A stretch of DNA of 64,000 nt from Octopus sinensis (taxonomy: Eukaryota), in assembly GCF_006345805.1 (NCBI RefSeq), contig NC_043012.1, positions 44,578,001-44,642,000 on the forward strand. Reading direction: 5' to 3'. Shown here piece by piece: positions 46,928 through 60,458 of this stretch; positions within the stretch are counted from its first letter, which is position 1, and each line of letters begins with the position of its first letter. The position numbers were made by a program, and so were the translations under genes. The notes beneath the pieces are model-generated. The model saw only the letters and a program-made list of their open reading frames with translations. It was not told the origin of the DNA and ran no database searches.

Positions 46928-49900
46928 ACAGTAAGAAGAGAACAATAGAGGACAAATAGAACATGAATCTAGTTTATTGGATAGTAACAGTTGAGTGGAT
47001 GATAATAAAAGTACTGTCAAAGTTTGTTACTCATTCCAAGTTACATTTGTTTGTAATTATTTACTGATAAATTCCTGTAGAATTGAATTCTATCTGAAGC
47101 AAACCCCCATCTTAGGTTTTCACAGTTAGTCAAGTTCACAGATTCTCCAGCTAGAAATACCATTTAATATTTGCTAGTGTAAATGTTGGAGAAAAAGTAT
47201 TAAATTCTAACTCTGTCCTTCCTAGTAATAAACTAGAATGTAATTCTAGTGATAGTTTTTATCAACATATATAGACAAAATAACCAAGACTCCCATTTAA
47301 AATCTTTGACAGATTCAGTTCTGTTTATTACAAACTTCTGGGCCCAGTTTGCTGAAATTTTAAATTGTGACTGCTTTCACTTGGAAAGTAATATGGGTAC
47401 ATATTTTCTGCGAGTTAAATCTGTGGACTTGTCTAGTTTTCTGGTCGTAGGCATTTTAAATCCATTTATAATGTTAATTTTATTGTAAAAGGTGTGGATA
47501 TTTGTGAACACTTTTTTTCTAACACTTGAGTGATTGTAATAAAGTTTCAGCTCTGTCTAAACACAAACCTTTTTGTACCTAATTGCATGCTACTGAAAAT
47601 GTGCTTATAACAAAATTTGGTGGTGTCTGCATGCAGCCGATATTAGAGAAGTTTTGTTTAGGATTTATTTCTTATGCATCATATATTTTGGAAAATATCA
47701 ATTAGTAACAGAAACAAATTTTTTATAACAAGAACTTAAAAAATTAATATACCTAAATTACTAAAAACGCTGCTTGCATTAAGTTTACTTTCTCTTATGT
47801 TACTCAGCTTTTCATGTAATATAAAAACCAAAGTTTTACTGATAATTGTTATTCTCAGCTGAAACAGAAATCATTGAGATATGATTTTTAGATTGTTATT
47901 AGCTAAAATTAAACAATATCTGCTATTGAAGAATTGGGAATTGAAATATCGTATATATTTCTAGAAACATTCATAAAATGGGCATTAAATTGTATATAAT
48001 TAGATATCTTTTTGTTTTCCCTCATAATATAGAAATATGATAGTTACTGAACAAGATTACATGTAAATAAGAGATTATGTGTAGATAAGGAATTTAGTAT
48101 TTTAGATTTATTGATGGATAGATAATGAAAAACTTCAGAGGTATTCTTCGGTTCCTTTCTTTGTTTCTTCAAAAATACTTTGTAGTTCTTGGTTCTTTTG
48201 AGTGTACATGTCTATGTAGGGAATAATTACTTCATTTGTGTATTCTGTAGAGAAATAATTTGGGGAGGTGTCATTGCAGTCAAACATTCATTTGGTGAAG
48301 AAATGATTTGTTCATATCCTGAAAACAAAACTCTGTGTTATTGGGTTTTGTTTGTAAGAGAACCTACACAGTCAGTGCTTTTATTTTTGCTACAGATAAA
48401 ATTCCTCATTTCCCCCTTATTATTAAAACTTCTACATCTCAAGTTACATTCCCTCTTTGAATTCGAATGAAAAACAATGATTTATATATATATCTTCTCA
48501 CAATTTTATTGAAGCTGTTACTTCCTAAGACCAAAACTTTTAACTGTTACCACTTAGTACTTGAACTAGAGACTTGCAATAGTATTCACTGGTCATGTGG
48601 AATCCAAAGTTGCAATGACATCATTTGTTTACTCTAAACTAGGAGGTTATTTACTTCATTTTTCCAACTTACAGCCAAATCATGTTGAAACACAAGTTTT
48701 CAATGGATCAGCAAATTTAAGCAGCAACAGCCCTGGTTAGTTATCTTTTTTTTAAATTGTCAATTTCCTTCCCACTTTTTTAAATCTATTTTAATTTTCT
48801 CTTCTTTTTTATGAATTTATTTCCCATCTAAAAATCAATTGATCTTGTTCCGTTCTTGAGTGATTCCGGAAACCCAGTGACATTTTGCATTGTTTGTTGT
48901 TGTGTTTAGCCCTGGGTTACTCCTAATTAAGCAGACCTAAGACCAAAGGTGACCTAATTGTAACTATACTGTTGATTTTTACATCATGACTACATTGTCC
49001 TGTATACCCAGCCCTTACGAAGATGACTGTGATTGTGGGAAAATTGGCTGCTATTTCTAGTTTGTCAAAAATACCTATTATACAGTATATACCTTCAACC
49101 ACTGCTGATCTACCCAAGTATTTTACTGGTAACCCACAAAACCAACTCTGGGTGGGATTCTATCCCTGTGCATAGTTCATATGTGTGTGAGCAGAGATGA
49201 AATCTAGAGTAAGTTCTGAATCACTTAAACATGTTGGTCAAAATACCCAAGATTGCTTGTTACTGGTACTTATCTTATCAGTCTGTGAGGAATGAAAAAA
49301 CTAAACCTCTGAACAGTAAGCTCTGTACTAGAAAATGTCTTTATCCTGTTGTTTTACCTATTGTGGTCTGTGTATGAATTAGGGTCAGTCCTGGTAAGAT
49401 TTGACCATAACATTATAAACTATTGGGTATACGAGATTAGACTGGTGACCTTCTGGCTGCACTGTGCAGTTTGACCCTGGGGTTAAACAGTAGAGCATAT
49501 GGTTCTCACTTAACACAGGAATTATTTAACTAAATCATTGGTTTTGTGAAATTGGTGTTTTTTTTTGTTTTTCTGTTGCAACAGTTATAGGTTGAGATAA
49601 ATTTTATGTCTTTGAATCTAGTTAAAGTGATTTTCCCGAAAAACTTTGTTTTTTAGAATGTAGTCATCTAGTAAACAATTGATAGCTTTTCCTAAGAAGC
49701 CTTGGTACTTATTTTCCACCGATGTAAACTGATATAGAAATAAGTGACATATTTTGAGTGACACAAATGTATGTTTATTTACCAGCTCATGCATTATTAG
49801 TTCATAAGGTATTGTCTAAATTTTTTAATTAATGAGATCACTTCATTAATATTTTTGAACTCATTCCAAATCATGAGATGGTCGACTTCATCTCTACTTC

Positions 49901-50462
49901 TGAAAATGAAGTAAATTATCTCGTTAGTTTCCATTTCATTTATTGGTGATTTCAATATATTTGAAGTAGTCTCTTTCATCTTTACTTTCTCTAAAGTATT
50001 AAAGTGGAGCCAAACTTTTTATCCTTTATTGCTACAGTCTCTGCAAACTGAAAATATTAAGTTTAGTTAGCAACATGCCTATGAAATAGTTGGTATTGGC
50101 TTGAGCATTTATGGGTAGATGTGACTGTCTAATCCTGAGGACCTGCAAATTTAATAACCAGTTATTATCATTATTGTCATGCTTACTAATCATTGTCACA
50201 ACTATCCTTGGTGAAGAAAAACTTGTAAATTCTTTAAAAACAAACCAATGTTCATTTTTGTACATGGGTAAAACCAGTAAAAAAAAGAGAAAAAAACAGT
50301 TTCTGGTGATCAGGTGATTACTCTAAAGTAAATGATTTTCTCAATGTGTTTTCTTTTCTTCAAAGAATTACTTCCTGCATCAAGTTAAAACATCACTTTG
50401 GTTTGTTCTTAAATTTCAATTATTTAATTTTGAGAGTCTCTCTTTTTCTTTTTTCTCTCCAG

Positions 50463-50558
50463 TACATGATGGTCTCTGATACAGATGTGAAACGCCAAGA
50501 GTACAAAGTAGTGGAAGCTAGAAAGAAACTTCAAGATGCTCTTGTAGGAGTTTCATAA
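50463..50558 (+). CDS. MBD2/3: MBD2/3 coding exon 6 (YMMVSDTDVKRQEYKVVEARKKLQDALVGVS-stop), C-terminal coiled coil
   Basis: Strong acceptor tttttctctccag|; matches VTDEDIRKQEERVxxxRKKLEEAL; the six exons total 735 nt, giving 244 aa plus stop; AATAAA at 50737-50742. Confidence 0.95.
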   Translation, partial: YMMVSDTDVKRQEYKVVEARKKLQDALVGVS

Positions 50559-51129
50559 TTTTGTGAGTTTCATCTACTTGTTTGTCTTTGACAATTTCAT
50601 GGTTTTGGTAGTATAAATTTTTCTGTCATTGATTTGATTCTGTTTTTGAATTAAACAACCACCTATTATGGTCAGCTTTTAAAATATTTGCATACTTGAA
50701 TTTCGAAAATTGAGTATACTAATCTGTTAGTTGAAGAATAAAGATTTTGTGACCCATTACCAGCATTGGCTTGTATTTGTGACTCAATGTAGATTGTACT
50801 GTGAGGTGTTTTCTCATGGTGCATGGTAACAACTGTCTCCATTGATTTTGTATAGCTGCTCTCTTCATTGGTTACTATATCTATTCTCATGGAAGAAGCT
50901 GACTTCTCTGGTTGCATGTGTTGACTGTTATGCCTTTATGCCGGCCAATGCTGTGACTTGGAAATTAATGTAGAAAATGGAGTGAGGAATGCTAGTTTAT
51001 AATGCTGACCAAAATCCTCTTATTGTTTGTTGAAATGGTAATAAGAAATCTCTCCAATGTATCCTCTTCTGGCTAATAACATAAAAATTAATTATTCATC
51101 ATTGCCCCTCTAATTCACTTTTTGTATAT

Positions 51130-51560
51130 TATTGTCATTTTAACATCCACTTTTCCATGCTAACATGGGTCAAATGGAGTTTATTGAGGCAGTTGCCAAC
51201 CCTTACCTGTTTCCAAACGAGTAACATTTTCCCATGGCCAGACATGTTCTTGTGGAATATTGGAAAGGAATGACACTGCTTGGCTTATATGACAGTGACA
51301 TTCATTTGATAACCATCATGCAATGTCAAGACAAGGTGACACAAACTCAAAAATATATATACATTCATACTTGTATATATATATATATATATATATATAA
51401 ATATAAACAGATGATGGTTTTTTTTTAGTTTCCGTCTACCAAACCCACTCTCAAAGCTTTGGTTGGCCTGGGCTGTAGAAAAAACACTTTCCAAAGGTGC
51501 CATGCAGTGAGACTGAACTCAGAACCATGTGGTTGGGAACCAAACTTCTAACCATACAGC
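51130..51560. mobile_element. SINE remnants with (TA)n
   Basis: catccacttttccatgctaacatggg.. and agtttccgtctaccaaacccactc..ggtgccatgcagtgagactgaac. Confidence 0.7.
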
Positions 51561-52286
51561 TATGCCTCTGTGCTAGTATTATTACAATATCCTTTATTTT
51601 AGACTTCATTTACTATCAATTTTGTATTTTGTTCATTCTGCTCCTATTCTAATGCCATGACCAAACTGTTAGTCATTTCTTTTCCAAAACAACACACCCA
51701 GTCTTTATTCCATTCACTAGTCTCTACTTTAAATCTTTTTCTTAGATCCAGGCTTTTTTGTTTTCTTTTTCATAAACACCCAATCACTTATAGATGATCT
51801 CTCTCTCCCTCTTCCCTCTCATCTTCTGTTCTTGTCTCACATCATTCAACAAACATCTCATTTTCTTCATTCTTTTCTTTTTTTCTTTTTGGATGATAAA
51901 CAGAGAGATAGTCTTTGAAATATCTAAGCCCATAACCTCTTGGAATTCAACCAACAAGTTTCTTCCACTGAAAGCAATGCAAATAATAGAGATTAAGTTT
52001 AAGACATTTTTTCCCCCCTGTTTTATGTGTCATTCATTTTAATAACCTGCTTCTTTTCATCTCTCTCTCTCTTCCAGAGCTTTTCTTAAATGTCAGCCAC
52101 AGCAGCAATTGTAGCTACAACAGATGACAACAGAAGCACCAGCAGTAACAAGAGCACTGATGGCATTGATGGCTGATATCTCTTCTCCCTCTCCACCGAA
52201 CTACAACCATGGACATTATAATGTTTCTTTTTCTTTGTTCCTGTTTCTCATGATATTAGGTGTAATTCTATATATAAACAATGCAT

Positions 52287-52332
<46 letters not shown>

Positions 52333-55300
52333 CATACCTACACACATGCACACATGTAAATGTATAGAATATAATTGGGTCAAATTGGCTGTCACCTCTG
52401 TCAGTGATGAAGCTGATTCATAAACACAATATATGTATGTATAAATGATGTACAGATTTGTGTGTACATACATGCATGGATTCAGAACTTAACAATATTG
52501 TGTGTGTGTGTGTGTGTGTGTGTCTGTGTATGCCTCTATATCTGTATGCATGTGTGTACGTGTATAACCATCCATGTTTACATGTATAAATCTTGACTTC
52601 CATCTTCTCTTCAGAGCTGGCCATGTTGTTGTGTGTGATGATGCTAGCCAAAATGCTTATAACAGTCAATCACTTATTCAAAAAGGACATGATTCTTTGC
52701 ATACACACACACACACACACACACGCCATCGGCCTTCATTTCATTCACTTTCATTTTTAAGTTTCTTTGACACATTTGAGATAAATTATATTTTCATTTT
52801 ATGATTCAGCTTATTGTCACAGACTTTCATATTCTATCTGTATTGTAAAAGAGGAAATAACAGGCCTGTGACTGATTGTGTTTACTCAAAGTTGTTATAT
52901 ACTATCATATGAAGTTTAAAGTTTATTTGTATTCACATAAGGGTGGCAGAGAGGGTAGAAAGAGTTGTAGAGTGGAACAGGTACTCTACAATATCTAATT
53001 TGGCGCCACATATTTCTGTTTTCAAATTCTGCCAGGCCCAAAATTCCTCTTATCTTTCCATGGGCTGATAAAGTATCAGTATAATATTGTGGTAGAATCA
53101 ATGAACTGTACTCTACTCTCTTTACAAAAACAGCCTTGTTCTTAACAACAGAAGTCCTTATTTGGATTCATGGGGCAGCTGGGCATGATGGTAAAACAGC
53201 AAGCTGTTGGGAAACTGGATCCATATGACAGTTCTAGTGCTTATTATGAGGCTACTTATAGGAGCAAAAATGTTTTGGGCATCAAATCTCCATTTCTGTG
53301 TCCCATCTTCACTATAAATCTATGTATTTTTGCCAATGTAAGAGCATTGTTTGAAATTTAAACAATTTTTTAGTGAATAAGACTGTGAAACAGACCCAGA
53401 TGATTAGATACAGAAAAAGTGCCAGACAAAAATGAAGAATTTGAAATAAATTAGAAGATAGTTCAAATCCATTGTGTAACAAGATTATCATGGTTAACCT
53501 GGCCCCGTGATAAACGAATGTAATAAAGAGCTCTGTGTATGTATGTGAAATAGCTTCAAGATTATCATCATTATCAATAGTAGCAGCAGTAAAGTGTTGT
53601 TCAGTGACTCAGTGATCAGCAGCATTACAATATCCTGATGATTATAATTCAGTTATGATTAGTTTGACAACATTACTCTGTTGAATTTTTGATTTGATCC
53701 ACATTGTTCCGACTGCTGAGTTCCTGACTTAGTCTGGAGTCACAATATTAGTCATCTCCAATTTATTTCAGATATAGAATCACATCAGTATATCTTGTTA
53801 GTATCAGAAGAGAATTTTGAACCAATGTTATTTGATAAATTCTCTTCATTCATCAATCTAACGTTATCATAAATCATTTCTGTTAAGTGGCTTGAGCTAA
53901 TGTTTTAATTTTACTGTGGGGCCAGAGATTCTGGCAATGTCAGGGACCACATACTCAACTTTATTGTTTTACTTATTAAGGTTGCTTTAGGGTTGTTGAT
54001 TACTAGCAATTACTTTGTCATATATACTTATGTCCCCCCCCCACTAAACACAGGGCTCCAGATTTATAGGTGAAGTGGGGAAATGGGATATAAGTATAAA
54101 TGAAAGAAAATAATCTTTTAGCTGCGAAATAAAATTGGAGCCGTGGAATTTGCTCGCTGGCAGATCAGCTCTTCTGTAGTACTTGCCATAGTTTTTATAT
54201 TATCATTTATTTCAAGATACATTTCTGTTCAATAAATATATTGAAAAGGAGAAAACTGAAAATACATAAACAATGCTAATATTGTCACTGATTCAGCTGG
54301 CCATACTGTTGCCTCTAATTATACAAGTTGACCCTAGTCATAAAGAAATCAAGTAAGACTACAAATATTTAAACTAATAAATCTATAAAACAATATTGTT
54401 TCTCACATTTCTATTCAACCGATCCATTCATTACTTTGTTGGTGTTTTTTTCTGTATTTCTTTGCAGTTATTTTCCTCCAGTTTCCATGTTCTTCCAGTT
54501 TCTCTCTTTTATATCAATATAAATTATTAGAAAAACCAAATAACTTTTTTTTTTTTCATTATGATGAATGATTTTTCGATATTTGGAACATTTTGAGGAG
54601 TAGGGATTATTGGTTTGAAGAGATACACATTTATTCATCGGCATTACATTTAGATATTTCAGGATGTGAAGATGGGGAGCTGGTAGAATTGTTTGCATGC
54701 TGGGCAAAATGCTTAGTCTTAATGTCCTGAGTTCAAATTCCACTGAGGCCAGCGTTGTCTTTCATTATTTCAAGGTCAATAAAGTAACTACCAGTTGAAC
54801 ACTGGGATTGATGTAATCATCTTCTCCTCCTCCTGAACTTGCTGGCCTTGTGTCAAAATTTGAAACCAGTATTTCAGGATGTCGTCTAGCCATAGTAAGG
54901 AAGCCAAATAGACTGCAAGATCTCTTTGTAACTGATGAATATTTCATTAAATTGAGTATTGTTTTGGTGCTTGGAGATTGGTGTATTTCATATAGTTTGT
55001 GAATTTTCTCAAAACCTCCATTACTACTCATTATTGTTGGGAACAATGAATTACTCAATATGATTCTTTTGGAGATGGTTGACCTTGATGGGAACACAGA
55101 TACTGATTTATTTAAAAATATTTTGATGTGATTAGTTTTAAATGGTAATTTTTGCCAGTAACAAAAAAAAAAAAAAGAAATGAAATATCACTGGCTCATC
55201 ATCATTTAACATCTGTTTTTCAGGCTGGCATGGGTTGGACAGTTTGATAGGAGCTAGAGAGCTGCACCAGACTCTGTTTTGGTATAACTTCTATGGCTGG

Positions 55301-56099
55301 ATACCTTTCTTAACACCAACCACTCTACAAAGTGTAACAGATGCTTTTTACATGCTATGGGCATGGGTGCATTTACATGGCTCTGGGGCTACTTAAACTA
55401 ATTCACAGTGACCGAGACCAGCAAATATAGGCAAGAGAATAGAATAAGATAGGACAATTAGCTGCATAATTGTTGCTATGAAGTTTTAAATGTTGTACAC
55501 TTAACATGTTAAGTGAAAATAAAACAGTTGATATCCATTCTTACTTCCAATATATTGTCTTTGAATCACAGGAATAAATAATCTGGACAAGGCTGGCGGT
55601 CACCAAGAAGGTAACAGAAAATAGTGATTTCTAAATTAGGATGCTTCTTTGCATGATAGCTCTGATTGAAGAAATGGCATATAATCAAAGGTTGTCCGTA
55701 CTTGACCCTCATATCTTTTTGTATATCTAGGACTGAGTATAAGAGGAAATATAGCGTGCATGAGAGAAGACTACTGATACAAGGATATGATGGTATATGG
55801 AAGATGACTACTATGAGAAGAGCAGGTTGCTCAAAATGGATGGAGGTTGTGGTAGCTACAGGTCCAAGAATTCATGGGGTGGGTTGGTGAAAAATGATCT
55901 GTGGATACTGTAAAGTGATTGGCATTAGGAAGGACATTCAGATATAGAAGGCTTGCTACTGCAGAAACTATAATTCAATGCACTTCTCTGGTTCATTGGA
56001 TCCTATTGAAATATAGATAGCAAATGATGGTGTATGTGTGGGTATGCATATATATCTGCACATACATGTGTATATGTATATATATGTTCAAATAGGAAA

Positions 56100-56640
56100 C
56101 TCCTTTACACAGATGATGCAAACTGGCTTACACTGCTGATTACATAGAACACGGATCATTTTGTATGGCCTTTGATCTTAAAATAGCTCTGGAAAAACCA
56201 AGGTAATGTTCACATATACACCAGGCAAACCGTATGTCGAATCTGATATCGTAGTATATGGTAGAAGATTGCATGTAGGTGACAGCTTTGAGCAGCATGT
56301 GATTGAGAGGTGGCTCCTTAGATGCTGAAACACATCTACGCATTCAGAAAGCATAGCAGTTGGGAAGCTTGAAAAGAAAGTCTGGGCAAGTTACAGCCTC
56401 ACCAACAAAGCCAAGCTGGGCATTGACAAGGTTTGAAACATTCTCAGTACAACGTAGGCATCTCAAGCTACTTTGAGTACTTCTATGAAAAATACTTGAG
56501 ACTCCTACTGAACATGAAACAGCAAGGTAAAACACCTGACTTTATAAAAACATTCAGTTACTCATATCCACTCAGCTGCAATGGTCAGGCCTTGTGGTGT
56601 GTATGGAGGATAATAGGATTGCAAAACACTTGAAGAGTTC
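56100..56640 (+). mobile_element. Old RTE/BovB-like LINE remnant
   Basis: Degenerate FEKKVWASYSLTNKAKLGI resembles RTE LRKRVWxxRxISLxTKLKVY; heavily mutated. Confidence 0.4.
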
Positions 56641-56649
56641 ATAGGCTAA

Positions 56650-57720
56650 CCAAGAAACTCTCATGGAATGTAACCAAATGAGGTTTATTTTACAAAGTCC
56701 GCACACTTTTTCCATCAATGTTGCAGTACTTGAATCTTATTGCTGAAGATTTCATCCTGTTGGTCAAAAAGTACTTAACAGCAGATACATTGCATCATCA
56801 TCATTGTGATACTGGTTCCCAGCCAACTGTTTTCTCTCATGTTGCAGAACATGATAGTAAGATAGGGCTAAATCAGGAAAGCAGGGACAGTCCAGAGCCT
56901 GTCACTCACAGCAGCCATTGAAAGCAAGGACTTGTGTGCTTGGTGCATTGTTCTGATGAAATAACTCGCTCATCATTTTTCCTGGGCGTTTGGTCTTCAT
57001 AGCCTTTCATAACTGCTTCAACAAGTTGGCATAGTACCCGCCATTAATAGCCCTTTTGAAGATAGTCAATAAACACAACACCTTTTGCATCCCCCAAAAC
57101 TGCAGATGAAACGACCTTGGTCGTCTTTGGAGCAGGTGAGGAGGAGTGTTTCCACTGCATCGATTGTCTCTGGCTCAAATGATACCCAATACTCGTTCCG
57201 GGTTAGGAAACATTTAAAGAAACCAGCTGGATCTCAACAATGTCAGATTTTCCTGTGATGTGATCAGAGTCGTGAGCTTTTGATCAGGTGTCAGAAGATG
57301 TGACACCCACAGAGTAGAAACCTTCGTCACGCCAAGTTCATTGAGCAGAATATTTTCAGCTTTCTCACGGGAGATGCTCATTATATTCGCTATTTGATTT
57401 ATAGTCTATCGCCTGTTGTCCATCATCATGTGGTGAACACGACCAATGTTTTCCTCGGTGGTGGCAGTTGAAGAATGGCCAGACCTTGGGTCATCTTCAA
57501 GACTCTCCTTTCCCCTACCTAAATTCAGCTGCCCACTTCTGCACTGCTGATAAAGCTGGAGCGTCATCCCCTAATGTAGCAACCATGTTAGCATGAGTAT
57601 CCTTAGGGGCTAAACCTTTCTGCAGGTACAATGCCAAATTTCGTCCATTTTCAGAAGTCACTACTGGTTACCTCTTTCAAAGGCCAAATGTCAGTTTAGC
57701 TGGAAAGAAACAATATAATT
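56650..57720 (-). mobile_element. Mariner transposase remnant
   Basis: LEDDPRSGHSSTATTEENI, KVSTLWVSHLLTPDQK (WVPxxL motif), GDAKGVVFIDYLQKG; multiple stops. Confidence 0.85.
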
Positions 57721-57769
57721 AATGCATGCAAGATCTCACATCTCTCCTTCATAGTCAGCCTATGAACAT

Positions 57770-57940
57770 TTCAGCCCAACCCTTACATGATGAGCTGTGC
57801 ACAGCAAAGGACCAAACCCGAAACTACATGGTCCCTCGTCCAGACCCACTGCATGGCACCTTGGGCCAGTGTCTTGTACTATAGCCTTGTGAGTGGATTT
57901 GGTAGACGGAAACTTGAGAGAAGTCCGTCGTGTGTGTATG

Positions 57941-57971
<31 letters not shown>

Positions 57972-58157
57972 ATCCCGCCACTGCTTGACAACCGGCGTTG
58001 GTTTGTTTATGTCCTCGTAACTTAGTAGTTTGGCAAAAGCGACCAACAGAATAAGTACCAGGCTTGAAAAAATATATACGTACTGGGGGTCAGTTTGTTC
58101 GGCTAAACCCTTTAAGGCGGTATCCCAGGATGGTCGTAGTCTAATGACTGAAACAAG

Positions 58158-58160
<3 letters not shown>
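57770..58160. mobile_element. Dominant SINE-like repeat copy
   Basis: gacccactgcatggcaccttgggccagtgtc...gtggatttggtagacggaaact...gcagt/atgactgaaacaagta. Confidence 0.8.
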
Positions 58161-58193
<33 letters not shown>

Positions 58194-58209
58194 CATCATA
58201 TATGTATGT

Positions 58210-59185
58210 ATCTGAAAGCAGGGGTGGAGTAGAGAAATAGATAAAGTAATCGTGTTTGTCAGAGTATGCAATACACAAATGATGATGAGTAGATATAAGG
58301 CAACTAAACGGTAATAGTTTAGAGATAATGCGATGAATGATTTTTTGAATCTTGAAACTAAGCTGAACGTATCAACACTCTTTCCTCAGGCGGAATTAAC
58401 AGATGTACAGAAGGACCGTTTTTGTAAGACCCTTCAGCAGACGATCGACAGCGACTTCAACGGATGTGTTGACCAATGGTCCAATGGTTTCTTTGACATA
58501 TATAGGGGCTATCGATATCGTGAGATAAATGAGGAGGGTGTAAGTCTGGAGTTTTGTGACGCAACTGATCTTACAATTTGCAACACACACTTTAAGAAAC
58601 AAGCAAACCACCTCATCACCTATCAATCTGGCATGCACACAGGCCAGATTGTTTACATTCTCACCAAGAAAAGGCGACAAGAGCTATTGAAAATGCCAGA
58701 CCTTTCCGTGTAGAGAATGCATTATACAACAAAAATTGGTCGCTAACGACTTCTGAGTCAAAGCTAGACAGACGCAGGAATGAACGACGACACAGAGAAG
58801 AAAGATATGGAAGAAAAATTGCACAGTTGGGAATATATTTAGAGAAGTTCTGACTGACGCATATAACTGTAGTGAGTTAGATTTTGATACCCGAGACTGG
58901 AGTAAAGTCCCGATCAAGCCAAAAGTTACACTGGAATGATAAGGTATGAGACATAAGCTTGGAAAATCTGGAGAGATGGTGGTAGTATGGAGCATTGCCA
59001 ATGGCTTGAAGGGCATCTAGGCTACATGTATACTTGGCTGAGGATGAGGATGAGATTTGCGCATGTCCTGCAATGTGAAGTGTTCAGGACAGTTAGTGAG
59101 AACCGAAATGTTATTGGTGAGAAGTGTATTCAGAGTGATGAAGGCATACTCGCCATCAATATGGAAGACAAGAAGCTGGCTTAGG
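58210..59185 (+). mobile_element. Degraded RTE LINE (APE region and downstream fragments)
   Basis: EIDKVIVFVRVCN, FPQAELTDVQKDRF, DFNG, NEEG..LEFCDATDLTICNTHFKKQANHLITYQSG. Confidence 0.85.
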
Positions 59186-59342
59186 AGTGTTATTATGCGA
59201 GGTTGTATTATTTTGCATTATTTTTAATACTATCTTAATTCATCATCATCATCATCGTCGTCTTCTCTTCTTCTAAGCGACGTAATCATACTGGTTTTAT
59301 ATCGTGCGTGTGTCTAAACACAAATCAGTCTTTATCTGTTAG

Positions 59343-59924
59343 ATAAGGGCAACAACAATCGCTGGATGTCATCATTTTGTACTATTGACATGAAGACCAC
59401 AGCATCTCACGTCCGTAAGTTGTTAGATAGAAAGTGTTAAAGTAGATTTTCTTCCTTATGAATATAAAAGTATGGAACGAGGAGCAGCTGTAAAAGTACA
59501 AAAATATTCATTCTATTTGAGGAATTAAAAAAAAAAATTCCAAAAATATGATGAATTGCTTGCAGTGATATATATATTATTTATTGATCTGTCTTAGACT
59601 TATTTTTGCCGTTTCAGGATAATTCTAAACCCACAGAGGTAAAATATGTCAGCTTAAAATATATTTGAAAAAATCAATCTTTCTTGTCCTCTTATTTTTT
59701 GTATCTGTTTTCTTTGCTCGCAAACCCGAATATTTGTATGACTTATTAGAATGTATGTGGGTACACCTAGGCGACCAATGGATTAAAAGATAAAAGTGAC
59801 ATAGTTTTTATTTAAAGTTCTTTTCTTCCACCACATAAATTGAATACCCAGAGGCTTGTGACTTTTCTTTCCTTTTAGAGATAATGCGATGAATGATTTT
59901 TTGAATCTTGAAACTAAGCTGAAC
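59343..59924 (+). other. Candidate chain of small spliced exons (59343-59414, 59618-59638, 59879-59924) of an unidentified transcript
   Basis: tttatctgttag|72 nt|GTAAGT; ttttgccgtttcag|21 nt|GTAAAA; ttttctttccttttag|46 nt|GTATTT; non-repetitive context; no continuous ORF across all three. Confidence 0.35.
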
Positions 59925-60199
59925 GTATTTAGAATGACATTTTAACACGAGTCGTCAATCTACGTTATACATGGTAAAACAGGCGAGGAAATATAGAAAA
60001 CTGTACTGAATTAAGTAGCAACCGAGGAGTTTGGAAGATTATGAAGTTGAGATAAAACCTATCCCTACAATAATAGAATAGCTGTAGTTGCTTAGCTCCA
60101 GGTCAAACTGATTGAGCAAATGTACAATCAAAGATTTACTTAATCAGTGTTGTATAATCAAAGATATTCCAGAAATTACTACCCCTGATTTTAGGTGTT

Positions 60200-60411
60200 T
60201 CTTTATTTTTTATCTTTTACTTGTTTTAGTCGTCAGACTGCGGTCATGCTGGGGCACCGCCTCGAAGAATTTTTAGTCGAATGAATCAATCCCAGTACTT
60301 ATTTATTTTTGAGCCTGGTACTTATTTTAGCGGTCCTTTGCTGAACCGCTAAGTTACGGGGACGTAAACACCCCAACAAGCGCTGGTGGGGAACACACAC
60401 GCACGCACACA

Positions 60412-60458
<47 letters not shown>

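Noticed and set aside
50672-50917. 81-codon minus-strand ORF with protein-like composition overlapping the MBD2/3 3' UTR
   Set aside because: No recognisable domain, an in-frame stop just upstream and no partner exons found.
52124-53900. Short ORFs at 52124-52423 and 52418-52669 and the Asn/Ser-rich minus-strand stretch near 53620-53900
   Set aside because: They run through microsatellites or hit stops quickly and show no domain motifs.
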